Below, one piece after another: positions 36,524 through 45,959 of a stretch of DNA of 64,000 nt. The translations under genes and the position numbers were made by a program. Origin of the DNA: Candidatus Omnitrophota bacterium (GTDB lineage: Bacteria > Omnitrophota > Gorgyraeia > Zapsychrales > Zapsychraceae); assembly GCA_035292445.1 (NCBI GenBank), contig DATDQB010000001.1, positions 71,530-135,529 on the forward strand, in the 5' to 3' direction. The stretch's first letter is position 1, and every line of letters begins with the position of its first letter. Below the pieces are notes generated by a model. It was not told the DNA's origin, ran no database searches, and saw only the letters and a program-made list of their open reading frames with translations.

Positions 36524-38686
36524 ATGCTATTGGAGAAAATCTTAAACGACCACCGTTTTCCAGCCGATTTTATCAATCAATTCACCTCCAGCGGGATCAC
36601 AACACTCTACCCTCCCCAAGCGGAAGCCATCCAAAAAGGCGTCCTGGAAGGCAAGCATCTTTTGATGTCGGTGCCGACCGCCGCCGGCAAGACCCTAGTG
36701 GCCGAAGTGTGCATGGCAAACGCCATTTTTAACCATGGCGGACGCTGTTTATACATCGCGCCTTTGAAGGCCCTAGCCAGCGAGAAATACAACGAATTCA
36801 TGAAAAAATTCTCCCCCTTAGGAGTAGAGGTCGCCCTCGCCATCGGCGACGCGGACTCCCCCGTCAAAAGGTTGAAATCGTTCCAGATCCTGGTGGCGAC
36901 AGCGGAAAAAGTGGATTCACTGCTTCGTACCAGGGCCAAAACCATGATCGGCTCGTTAACGACCGTCATCCTGGATGAGATCCATTTTATCAACGATGGC
37001 AACCGCGGGCCAACGATGGAGATCCTGGCTGCCCGCATCAAACAGCTTAACCCAAAGACACAGATCCTCGCCCTAAGCGCCACCGTCAGTAATGCCCGCG
37101 AGATGGCCGATTGGCTTAAGGCGCAACTGGTCGTAAGCTCCTGGCGGCCCATCCCGCTTAAAGAAGGGATCTTTTATAACGACCGGATCGTTTTCGAGCA
37201 TGACGCGACCCGCGTTATTAGTGAAGAAGCTTCCGAGGACGTGAATAAACTGACCCTTGATACATTAAGGGGACGGGGCCAGGTCCTCATTTTCGTCAAC
37301 TCGCGCCGCTCCGCCCAGGCCGTGAGCCGGCAGGTCAGCAAAGATGTCGCCAAGATATTGACGCCGGAGGAACAGAAAAGATTGAAAGAGTTATCGAAAA
37401 AGATCCTGGGCAACGAATCCGATGCCACCAAAATATGCAAAACCCTGGCGGGGGTTATCCATCATGGCGTTGCTTTCCATCATGCCGGGCTAAAACCGCA
37501 CCAGCGCGAGCTGGTCGAGGAGAATTTCAAGGGTAATCTGATCAAGGTCATCAGCTGCACCCCGACCTTGGCGGCCGGCGTCAATCTTCCGGCCCGGCGG
37601 GCGATCATCCGCGACTACAAGCGCTATGAAAGCGGGATCGGCATGGCCTATATCCCCACCGCCGAATACAAACAATGCGCGGGGCGCGCGGGGCGGCCGC
37701 AGTACGATGAATACGGAGAGGCGATCTTGATCGCCAAGACTTCGAACGAGGCCTCCACCTTGTTCGAGCGATACATCAAGGCCGCTCCCGAACCGATCCT
37801 TTCTAAATTAGGGAACGAAGCGGCGCTGCGCATCCACGTGTTGGCCTCCGTCGCCGGCGGCTACATCCATGATACCAACGGCATGTTTGACTTTATCAAA
37901 CACACTTTCTTATACCACCAGAATCAAAGCAGCCATTTAATGGAGCTGATCGGTGATATCTTTGAATTCCTTCAGCGCGAAAAATTCATCGAACAAAGCG
38001 GAACCCGCTACTTTGCCACCCCCTTCGGCGCCCTCACCAGCAGGCTTTATATCGATCCGATGACCAGTATCACCATCCGGGAGGCTCTGAATAAAATTCC
38101 GGCCGACGCAACGCTTTCGGCCGTCGGCATGCTGCACGCGCTTACTTGCAGCCCCGATGGGCTCCATTTAAATGTCGGAAAGAATGATTCGGAAGAATTG
38201 GAGAGGTTTGCCGGACGTTTTGAGGACGAATTTATCCTGACGCCCCATAACTGGCATGGCCTGGATGATTACTTTGAATATTTATCCACCGTCAAAACGA
38301 CCTCCATGCTGTATCAATGGATCGAAGAAGAAAAAGAAGAAATGATCTGCGACAAATTCGGCATCGGCCCCGGCGATGTATTCCGGCACATCGAATCGAC
38401 CCAATGGCTGCTCTATGCTTCAACCTCCATCGCCGATTACTTGAATAAGCGAAGGCTGACATTTCAACTGGAAAATCTAAGAAGCCGCGTGCGCTACGGC
38501 ATTAAGGAAGAACTGCTCGAGCTGACCAAGCTCAAAGGGGTGGGCCGCATCAGGGCAAGAAACCTATTTGAAAAGGGTTTCCGTAGATTAAGCGATTTTC
38601 AATCCACCAATGCCGAAGAACTGGGGCAGATCAAACAAATCGGCAAACAGCTCGCCAAGGATATCTTAGTCCAAACCGGCCGCTGA
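36524..38686 (+). CDS. Ski2-like SF2 DNA helicase, archaeal Hel308/Hjm type
   Basis: LYPPQAEAI Q-motif, PTAAGKT, PLKALASEK, DEIH, LSAT, AFHHAGL, TPTLAAGVNLPA, QCAGRAGRPQYD, C-terminal RYG..GVGRIRARNLF HhH domain. Confidence 0.92.
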   Translation: MLLEKILNDHRFPADFINQFTSSGITTLYPPQAEAIQKGVLEGKHLLMSVPTAAGKTLVAEVCMANAIFNHGGRCLYIAPLKALASEKYNEFMKKFSPLGVEVALAIGDADSPVKRLKSFQILVATAEKVDSLLRTRAKTMIGSLTTVILDEIHFINDGNRGPTMEILAARIKQLNPKTQILALSATVSNAREMADWLKAQLVVSSWRPIPLKEGIFYNDRIVFEHDATRVISEEASEDVNKLTLDTLRGRGQVLIFVNSRRSAQAVSRQVSKDVAKILTPEEQKRLKELSKKILGNESDATKICKTLAGVIHHGVAFHHAGLKPHQRELVEENFKGNLIKVISCTPTLAAGVNLPARRAIIRDYKRYESGIGMAYIPTAEYKQCAGRAGRPQYDEYGEAILIAKTSNEASTLFERYIKAAPEPILSKLGNEAALRIHVLASVAGGYIHDTNGMFDFIKHTFLYHQNQSSHLMELIGDIFEFLQREKFIEQSGTRYFATPFGALTSRLYIDPMTSITIREALNKIPADATLSAVGMLHALTCSPDGLHLNVGKNDSEELERFAGRFEDEFILTPHNWHGLDDYFEYLSTVKTTSMLYQWIEEEKEEMICDKFGIGPGDVFRHIESTQWLLYASTSIADYLNKRRLTFQLENLRSRVRYGIKEELLELTKLKGVGRIRARNLFEKGFRRLSDFQSTNAEELGQIKQIGKQLAKDILVQTGR

Positions 38687-38691
38687 ATCCA

Positions 38692-39423
38692 TTAAAGAAA
38701 CCTCGCCGACTTTAACCGCCGCTCCAAATGATAGACCAAAAAATTATTCAGGATATATTTTAATTCCCGCCGGGTCGTCTTGATCAATCCTAAGCGCAGC
38801 GCCTTGGCCCAATCGTTTTGCTCCACATGCAAGATGGATGAAACGGTGCCTTTCGAGATCATGATCAAGGAAGTTTCGCGCGTCGGGCAATCGGGGCAAA
38901 TGAGCCCGCCGAGCGCCATACTGAAACGCGAGCGGCCGTGGATCTTCTTGGTGCAGCTCACGCACGAGTCTAAATGGGGGCTAAACCCCGACAAATGAAG
39001 GATCTTGACCTGGAAAATGAAGATCAACTTGTCAATATCCTCAATACTTTGAAGGGAGTGCAAAAAATGCATCAGGGTCCCGTACACCATTTCATTCTTT
39101 TCTTCCGCCGGCATAATGGCGTCGATCAGCTCGAGTGCGTAATTGGCCGCCATGTTGCGCTTATAATCCTGGCGGATCGGATAAAAAAACTGTGTCAGAT
39201 CGCACTGGCTGATAAGGTGGACGTCGGAGCGGCGATACTGATAAAACACGATCTCATTGACCGAGAACTTATCAACGCTGCTGCCGAATTTTTTGTGGTC
39301 TTTGCGGATGCCCTTAAGAACACCCGTCACTTTGCCGTGGGTTTTGGTGAAGAAAACGCTCAGGCGGCTGGTTTCACGAAGGTCTCTTGATTTTAAAACG
39401 ATGGCCTCTGTCTTGACAATCAT
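38692..39423 (-). CDS. recO: DNA repair protein RecO
   Basis: KTEAIVLK..ETSR..HGKV OB fold; GFSPHLDSCVSC..GGLICPDC zinc finger. Confidence 0.92.
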   Translation of the reverse strand: MIVKTEAIVLKSRDLRETSRLSVFFTKTHGKVTGVLKGIRKDHKKFGSSVDKFSVNEIVFYQYRRSDVHLISQCDLTQFFYPIRQDYKRNMAANYALELIDAIMPAEEKNEMVYGTLMHFLHSLQSIEDIDKLIFIFQVKILHLSGFSPHLDSCVSCTKKIHGRSRFSMALGGLICPDCPTRETSLIMISKGTVSSILHVEQNDWAKALRLGLIKTTRRELKYILNNFLVYHLERRLKSARFL

Positions 39424-39866
39424 TTCTTCATCACAATCGATGGGATCTTGGGCCCGATGAACGCCATCAACTTCTTTTCCTCCCGGCGCATTCTCACGAT
39501 ATCTTTCTTTCTATGGTCATCGTATCCCAACAGATGAAGGATCCCGTGGACCAGATAAAGCGCCAATTCCTGGGAAACGCCGGTGCCGTACGTTTTGGCG
39601 TTGGCGGATGCCGCATCGACAGAAATGATCACATCGCCCGCCAGACATTTTCTGCTCGTGCCCAAATCGAAGGCCAACACATCGGTCGTGTAGGTTCTCT
39701 TTAGGAATTTGCGGTTTAAAGCCCTGATTTTCGTAGCCGTGACAAAAACAACGGTGAGCGTCGCTTGAGCGATACCCTTACGACGAATGATTGTTCTTGC
39801 GATCTGACGGATCTTGGGAAGATTGAGGCGTATTTTCTTTTGATAGTTTTCGGCTTGGACTGCCAT
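39420..39866 (-). CDS. ybeY: rRNA maturation endoribonuclease YbeY
   Basis: LNRKF..TDVLAF, GDVIIS, HGILHLLGYDD. Confidence 0.93.
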   Translation of the reverse strand: MAVQAENYQKKIRLNLPKIRQIARTIIRRKGIAQATLTVVFVTATKIRALNRKFLKRTYTTDVLAFDLGTSRKCLAGDVIISVDAASANAKTYGTGVSQELALYLVHGILHLLGYDDHRKKDIVRMRREEKKLMAFIGPKIPSIVMKK

Positions 39867-41220
39867 TCTTTTTCTCGGGATATTTGACGCGCGTGTGGTA
39901 CATCGCGCTTAGAATACGGATGAAGGTTTGGGATATTTTCTCGATCTCTTTCAAAGTCAACGGGCATTCATCCAGCTGGCCGTCGATAAACTTGTTATTG
40001 ATGACTTTCTTGACCGTTTCCTCAACGTTCTGGGGGGTGGGATCATCCAGCGCGCGTGTGGCTCCTTCCACGGAATCCGCCATTAACGTAATCGCCGTTT
40101 CCCTCGTCTGAGGCTTGGGCCCGGGATAGCGGTAATCGTTCTCATCGATGGCCCCTCCCTGCTCGGCGCTTTCAACCGCCCGCTGATAGAAAAAATGCAT
40201 GAGGCTCGTGCCGTGATGCTGCGGGATAAAATCAATGATGACCTGGTTCAGTTTATATTTTTTGGCCAGGTCAATGCCTTCTTTAACGTGGTTCAACAAG
40301 ACCAACCGGCTCATGGACGGCTCGATGTTGTCATGCTTGTTGGCGCCCATCATCTGGTTTTCGGTAAAATATTCCGGTTTGGTCATCTTGCCGATATCAT
40401 GATAATATGCCCCCACCCTCGTCAACAGCGCATCCGCTCCGATAGCATTCGCCGCCGTCTCCGCCAAATTACTGACGACCAAACTGTGGTGGTACGTGCC
40501 CGGCGCTTCCATCACCATGCGCTTTAACAAAGGCTGGTTGAAATCGGAAAGCTCCAGCAGCGTAAAATTCGATACCGCATCAAACATGTATTCAAAAACC
40601 TTGAGCGTCCCTATGACGAAAAAAGAACAAATGAGCCCGTTAGCCGCCAGAGGGTAAAGGTGCGCCATCGTAAAATCCCTGTTAAAAAAAAATTTATAAT
40701 CAGGGAATATGAGCGTCAGGCAAACCAAATTCGCCACGCTGACAAATATCCCCGCGACCATGACCTTACCGCGCGTGCGGGCATCCTCAATGGAATAAGC
40801 CGCCACCAGGCTGCCCACGAAAAAAGTGACCATCATGCCGAAATCCCCTTTTAAGATGAGGCTCACCAAAAGGCTTGAGGAAAATGCCATCACAAACGAA
40901 AGCCACAGATCTTTGAACAAAAGGACCGTCAGCATGGAAATGCCGGCCACGGGAATATAATAATAGGGCAGCGTCGTATATGTTTTCAACATATGCGCCG
41001 TGAAAACGACCAACGTCAACAACAGCCCCAGGTTCAAATACATCCGTAAACTGGCCTTTCTCACAAAATACAAATGAAGCCCGATCAACACCAAAACGAC
41101 CGGGATCATCAAAGGGTAATTGGCCAGCGTGCAAAATATAAAAAGCACCAACAGGATCCCGGCAGGCGCCAGGAAATCTATCCATGTTCGAATGTCTTTT
41201 TTATTGCTTTCTTTCCCCAT
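39778..41220 (-). CDS. Multi-TM HDIG-domain phosphohydrolase (PgpH-like c-di-AMP phosphodiesterase family); start may be 41229
   Basis: TM region, then LLELSD, APGTYHHS, YYHDIGK, YFTENQ, QHHGT, YPGPKP, ADSVE; phoH-HD-ybeY synteny. Confidence 0.88.
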   Translation of the reverse strand: MGKESNKKDIRTWIDFLAPAGILLVLFIFCTLANYPLMIPVVLVLIGLHLYFVRKASLRMYLNLGLLLTLVVFTAHMLKTYTTLPYYYIPVAGISMLTVLLFKDLWLSFVMAFSSSLLVSLILKGDFGMMVTFFVGSLVAAYSIEDARTRGKVMVAGIFVSVANLVCLTLIFPDYKFFFNRDFTMAHLYPLAANGLICSFFVIGTLKVFEYMFDAVSNFTLLELSDFNQPLLKRMVMEAPGTYHHSLVVSNLAETAANAIGADALLTRVGAYYHDIGKMTKPEYFTENQMMGANKHDNIEPSMSRLVLLNHVKEGIDLAKKYKLNQVIIDFIPQHHGTSLMHFFYQRAVESAEQGGAIDENDYRYPGPKPQTRETAITLMADSVEGATRALDDPTPQNVEETVKKVINNKFIDGQLDECPLTLKEIEKISQTFIRILSAMYHTRVKYPEKKNGSPSRKLSKENTPQSSQDPSDRKNNHSS

Positions 41221-42157
41221 CGTGTTCATACGCCTCAATAATCCGTTGGACCAACTCGTGACGGACCACGTCCTCGCCCGTCAACGTAACAAATTTGATG
41301 CCTTCGATGTCTTTCAAAACCCGCTGGCAATCCGCCAGGCCGTTCATCGTGCCCTTGGGCAGATCGCTTTGCGTCAAATCCCCGGTAATGACCGTCTTGG
41401 AATCGAAGCCCAAGCGCGTTAAAAACATCTTCATCTGATAAGGGGTGCTGTTCTGCGCCTCATCCAGCACGACAAAAGCGTCGTTCAACGTACGCCCGCG
41501 CATAAAGGCCAGTGGCGCGACCTCAATGATGCCTTGTTCGCTTAACTCCTCGACCCTCTCCGCCTCCATCATATCGTAAAGCGCATCATAGAGCGGCCGC
41601 AGATACGGCAAAACTTTTTCCACCAGATCGCCCGGTAAAAATCCGAGATTCTCCCCCGCTTCGATCGCCGGGCGGGTCAAAATGATCCGGCGCACAATGC
41701 CTTTTTTCAACGCGTTGACGGCCATCGCCATCGCCAAATACGTCTTGCCCGTACCGGCGGGGCCGACCCCAAAAACGATATCGTTCTTCTTAATGGCCTC
41801 AACGTATTCGATCTGTCCCTTCGTTTTAGGCGTGACCAACACACCCTTGACCGAAACCTCGATCTTCTCCTTGGCCAGCTGCTTGAAATCGACCCCTTCT
41901 TCCGGCTTGGTCAATTTGAGCGCATAAGTAATGTCCCTGGTCTTGATCTCCGACCCGTTGTTGAGAATATCCAGAAGATAATCGAACAAACCGCAGGCCT
42001 TATCGACCTGGGAGCGATCCCCCGAGATCTTAAGGCCCTCGCTGACCCGGATGATCTTGACCAATAGCTCTTTCTGGATGAGTTTAATGTTCTGGTCGTA
42101 TTTCCCAAAAAGCGACTGAAGGTCTTTATTGTTATCTAAACGGATGGTACGGTCCAT
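41201..42157 (-). CDS. phoH: PhoH-like ATPase (YbeZ)
   Basis: GPAGTGKTYLA, RPAIEAGENLGFLPG, LAFMRGRT, DEAQN, GDLTQSDLP. Confidence 0.93.
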   Translation of the reverse strand: MDRTIRLDNNKDLQSLFGKYDQNIKLIQKELLVKIIRVSEGLKISGDRSQVDKACGLFDYLLDILNNGSEIKTRDITYALKLTKPEEGVDFKQLAKEKIEVSVKGVLVTPKTKGQIEYVEAIKKNDIVFGVGPAGTGKTYLAMAMAVNALKKGIVRRIILTRPAIEAGENLGFLPGDLVEKVLPYLRPLYDALYDMMEAERVEELSEQGIIEVAPLAFMRGRTLNDAFVVLDEAQNSTPYQMKMFLTRLGFDSKTVITGDLTQSDLPKGTMNGLADCQRVLKDIEGIKFVTLTGEDVVRHELVQRIIEAYEHDGERKQ

Positions 42158-42182
42158 AGTTAACAGACTAACACCCTGATGA

Positions 42183-42758
42183 TTATTCCTTGGGTATCCT
42201 GATAACGATACCCGGCTTGATAAAATTGGGGTTGGGGATCAGGTCTTTGTTGGCTTCATAAATCTTCGGCCATTTGCTATGGGTGTTATAGAATTTCATA
42301 GAAATCTTCTGGAGCGTGTCGTCTTTCTCGACTTTATACTCCGTATACTCACCTGCTGCGGCGGGCACTGACGGTTGGGTGGGCGTGTCTTTCAGGCCGG
42401 ATAGGTCCAAAGTTCTTTGTTGGGGCTGGGTTTTTTGTGTCGGCTCATTCGAGCCCGGGAAAGATTCGGATGCCGTCGTGCTGGAGGATTTCTCCTCAAG
42501 CAGTTTATCCGCTTCCTCGAACGGGTCCGCTTCCTTGCTGAATTCCAGATAATACATCTTTCTGGTCGGCTTGCGTTCTGGGTCTTCGGCCATAGGGGCA
42601 TTTTCCCAATTGCCTACGGCTCCCTGAATATCCTGGTCGACCCTGGGCTTATCCTGCATATATCCCCGGACATCGATCTTCTTCACCGTTGAACATCCCG
42701 TCATAAAAACGAACATGGCAACAACAACCATGCCTTTGATAAGTCCTTTAGGCATCAT
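42183..42758 (-). CDS. LysM-domain lipoprotein
   Basis: MTGC lipobox; C-terminal YKVEKDDTLQKIS..WPKIYEAN..PNFIKPG LysM. Confidence 0.88.
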   Translation of the reverse strand: MMPKGLIKGMVVVAMFVFMTGCSTVKKIDVRGYMQDKPRVDQDIQGAVGNWENAPMAEDPERKPTRKMYYLEFSKEADPFEEADKLLEEKSSSTTASESFPGSNEPTQKTQPQQRTLDLSGLKDTPTQPSVPAAAGEYTEYKVEKDDTLQKISMKFYNTHSKWPKIYEANKDLIPNPNFIKPGIVIRIPKE

Positions 42759-44148
42759 CGCCTCCTTTTTTTAATATCATTAATCCCAATTCCTGTAATT
42801 GTTTTTTCTCGACAGTAGCCGGGGCATCGCTCAACAGACAGCTTCCCTTTTGCGTTTTGGGAAAAGCGATCGTGTCCCGGATTGAATCCAGCCCCATCAA
42901 AATGGCCACCAGACGATCGATGCCGTAGGCGACCCCCGCGTGCGGCGGCGCACCGTACTCAAAAGCGTTCAATAAAAAACCGAAACGCATCTGAGCCTGG
43001 CTTTCGTCCAGCCCTATTATATCAAATATTTTCTTTTGCATATCCTTTTTATGGATACGCACCGAACCGCTGCCAAGCTCGTTGCCATTAAGGATCAGAT
43101 CGTACGAGCGAGCCCTGATTTTACCATATTCTTTACTTTCAAGGTATTTTAAATCTTCCTCTTTAACAGAGGTGAAGGGATGATGTTCGCTTTCCCAGCG
43201 CTTCTCTTCCTTGTTATATTTGAACATCGGAAAATCAACGATCCACGTAAGAGAAAACTCTTCCCCCGGCTTTCGCAGATCCGGCTTGTCACTTTTATAT
43301 TGGGACATCGCCTCCTGGTGGGTCATGCGCGGGAAAGGCGTTTTAATATCGACGCCCTTGATCTGCTTGAATACCTCTTTGAACAATTTTTCGGTAACGG
43401 CAAACACGTCTTCTTCGCTCACAAAAGACATTTCCATGTCCAGCTGCGTAAACTCCGGCTGGCGATCCGCCCGCAGATCCTCATCGCGGAAACATTTGAC
43501 GATCTGGTAATATTTGTCAAAGCCGCTGACCATCAACAATTGCTTGAAAAGTTGCGGTGATTGCGGGAGTGCAAAAAATTTCCCCAGATTGAGCCGCGCC
43601 GGCACCAGGAAATCACGCGCCCCTTCGGGGGTGGACTTGGTCAACACGGGCGTTTCAACGCCTAAAAACCCCTCCGAATCCAGCAGCCGATGGATGATCT
43701 GGCATAATTTGTGGCGGATCTGAAAAGCCTCGGCCGTTTTGCGCCGGCGCAGATCGAGATAACGGTAGGTTAAACGCAAATCCTCTGCCACCTCTACATT
43801 ATCATCGATCTCAAACACGGGGACTTTGCTGGGGTTTAAAATTTCCAATTTTTCCGCGCAGACTTCGACTTCGCCGGTCGGCTCATGGGGATTAACGGTC
43901 TTGGCCGATCGCGGGGCGACTTTCCCCGTCACCCGGATCACAAACTCCGGCCCCAATTTCTGCGCCGTATCATGGGCCTCTTTGCTCACCGATGGGACGA
44001 AAACGACTTGGGTAATTCCGTAGCGGTCGCGGATGTCAATAAAGATGAGCTTCCCATGATCGCGCCGGGCGTGCACCCAGCCGCAAAGGGTGGCTTCTTT
44101 ATTGGCTTGTTCTTTCCTAAGCTCTCCGCAGGTGTGCGTTCGCAGCAT
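42748..44148 (-). CDS. aspS: Aspartate--tRNA ligase, bacterial type lacking the GAD domain
   Basis: MLRTHTCGEL, RRDHG, YRYLDLRR, ALPQSPQ, CFRDED, GAPPHAG; SDKPDLR is joined almost directly to WIVDFP. Confidence 0.95.
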   Translation of the reverse strand: MLRTHTCGELRKEQANKEATLCGWVHARRDHGKLIFIDIRDRYGITQVVFVPSVSKEAHDTAQKLGPEFVIRVTGKVAPRSAKTVNPHEPTGEVEVCAEKLEILNPSKVPVFEIDDNVEVAEDLRLTYRYLDLRRRKTAEAFQIRHKLCQIIHRLLDSEGFLGVETPVLTKSTPEGARDFLVPARLNLGKFFALPQSPQLFKQLLMVSGFDKYYQIVKCFRDEDLRADRQPEFTQLDMEMSFVSEEDVFAVTEKLFKEVFKQIKGVDIKTPFPRMTHQEAMSQYKSDKPDLRKPGEEFSLTWIVDFPMFKYNKEEKRWESEHHPFTSVKEEDLKYLESKEYGKIRARSYDLILNGNELGSGSVRIHKKDMQKKIFDIIGLDESQAQMRFGFLLNAFEYGAPPHAGVAYGIDRLVAILMGLDSIRDTIAFPKTQKGSCLLSDAPATVEKKQLQELGLMILKKGGDDA

Positions 44149-44150
44149 GG

Positions 44151-45431
44151 TTATGCCCCTAATACATTTTTTATGATGTCGGTCGCCTGGTTGAATTCAA
44201 CGAGCTGGTCTTCTCTCGTTTTCATGTTCTTTAACCTGACCTTCCCGATCTTTTCTTCCTCTTCGCCGATAACGATGGTAAAGACACAATCGGTCTTGGC
44301 CGCTTTCCCTATCATATCGCCTATATTTTTCGGGGTCGCGCTTTGATAGCTCATATCGCTGGAAATATTTTTGCTGCGCAAAATGTGTAAATATTGGAAT
44401 ACCTGGCTCAACGAAACGTTACCCAAGGGGATGATAAAAACTTCGGGGCCGCCTCTTTTTTCAGGCTGGGCCTTGGATTGGGAAAGCATGACCCTTTCGA
44501 TACCGAGTGCAAAACCGATTGCCGGGACATCCGCACCTCCCAGCTGAGCGACCAAATGATTATACCGGCCCCCGGCGCAAATGGCGTCCTGGCTGCCGAG
44601 CTGAGGGTTGGTGACCTCAAAAACCGTGTGCGTGTAATAATCGAGCCCGCGCACCAGCCGCGCATCCTGCGTGCATTCGATATCAAGGCTTGCCAGAGCG
44701 TCCAAAACGGTTTTGTAATGGCCCATGCTTTCCTTCGACAAATACGAATTGTCCAGCTGAAGTTGGGCAACGACCTTTTTGCAGGGCTCATTCTTGCAAT
44801 CCAGAATGCGAAAAACGTTCCGATCCAGCCTGTCCTTGCAATCGTCGCAAAGGGAAGATTTCTTAGGCTTCAACTTCTCCCTCAAAAGCTTTGATAGATT
44901 TTCTTTGTCTTTCGGCTCCCCGAGGCTGTTGATCTTCAATACCGAACCTTCCACGCCAAAACTTTTAAGCAGCTCCAGGCAAAGTACAATTGTTTCGACA
45001 TCCAAAAAAGGGTGGTTGGCTTTTGGCCCGATGATCTCCGCACCGATCTGATGGAACTGGCGCAGGCGCCCCTTTTGTGGGCGTTCTCCACGGAACATCG
45101 GCCCCACATAATAAAGCTTGGTCAGTCCTTCTTTCCTGTCAAAACTGTTTTCGATATAAGAGCGGACGATCGAGGCCGTCCCTTCCGGGCGCAAGGCGTA
45201 GCCTTCTTCTTTGGAACTTTCCAGTTCCAGCAATTGCTTTTTGACCACATCACTGGTTTGCCCAAGAGAGCGTTTGAAAAGACGGGATTCCTCGAAAATA
45301 GGTGTGCGGATCTCCTGATAATTATAAACGCTGAAAACCTGGCGGGCTTTTTGTTCGATGGCTTGCCAGCGCTTGGCTTCTTCTGGCAGAATATCGGCAG
45401 TGCCTCTGGGGACTGATAGCTTCTCGGCCAT
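44151..45431 (-). CDS. hisS: Histidine--tRNA ligase
   Basis: PRGTAD, LRPEGTA, MFRGERPQKGRLRQFHQ, LVRGLDYY, GGRY, GFALGIER. Confidence 0.97.
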   Translation of the reverse strand: MAEKLSVPRGTADILPEEAKRWQAIEQKARQVFSVYNYQEIRTPIFEESRLFKRSLGQTSDVVKKQLLELESSKEEGYALRPEGTASIVRSYIENSFDRKEGLTKLYYVGPMFRGERPQKGRLRQFHQIGAEIIGPKANHPFLDVETIVLCLELLKSFGVEGSVLKINSLGEPKDKENLSKLLREKLKPKKSSLCDDCKDRLDRNVFRILDCKNEPCKKVVAQLQLDNSYLSKESMGHYKTVLDALASLDIECTQDARLVRGLDYYTHTVFEVTNPQLGSQDAICAGGRYNHLVAQLGGADVPAIGFALGIERVMLSQSKAQPEKRGGPEVFIIPLGNVSLSQVFQYLHILRSKNISSDMSYQSATPKNIGDMIGKAAKTDCVFTIVIGEEEEKIGKVRLKNMKTREDQLVEFNQATDIIKNVLGA

Positions 45432-45487
45432 ATACTAATAGACCTTAAAAGGCGCTTGGTTTGATCTACGCCTTACTCTCAAATTTT

Positions 45488-45760
45488 TTACCTAATTTTA
45501 TGCTTCATCTCAAGACCGGGCTTGAATATGACGACCTTGCGGGGCGGGACCGGAACGCTTTCGCCGGTTCTGGGATTGCGTCCAAACCGAGCTTTTCTTT
45601 CCTTGATCTTGAATACGCCAAAATTTCTCAATTCGACCTTCTCGTTACGGACCAATGATTCCACAATGACATCAAAGGTCTTTTGGACAATTTTTTTGAC
45701 GTCAACTTGTTTAATTCCAGTCATATCCGTAATCCGTAACACTATGTCTTTCTTGGTCAT
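45488..45760 (-). CDS. HU/IHF family DNA-binding protein
   Basis: MTKKDIV, VELRNFGVF, RKARFGRNPRTGE, FKPG. Confidence 0.95.
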   Translation of the reverse strand: MTKKDIVLRITDMTGIKQVDVKKIVQKTFDVIVESLVRNEKVELRNFGVFKIKERKARFGRNPRTGESVPVPPRKVVIFKPGLEMKHKIR

Positions 45761-45831
45761 GCTGTCACCTCCTGAATTCCCCTTCTAACATGTATCATAA
45801 TTGACAAAATAAAACTGATAATATGGTAAGT

Positions 45832-45860
45832 ATAGTAACAACAAGGATTTATAGTGTCAA
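45832..45860 (-). promoter_or_regulatory. Sigma70 promoter of the HU/IHF gene
   Basis: TTGACA-17 nt-TACTAT with an extended TG. Confidence 0.7.
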
Positions 45861-45959
45861 GAAATTATTTTGACGGCTGGCAGGACTTCGAGGCGGGATA
45901 AAATTTCAACAAACCTTGAAAACAAAAGAGTTACGAATGGAAAGATAAGTATTGGAAAG

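Noticed and set aside
45920-45933. Possible IHF site upstream of the HU/IHF gene
   Set aside because: Two mismatches in the WATCAA core in AT-rich DNA; not distinguishable from chance.
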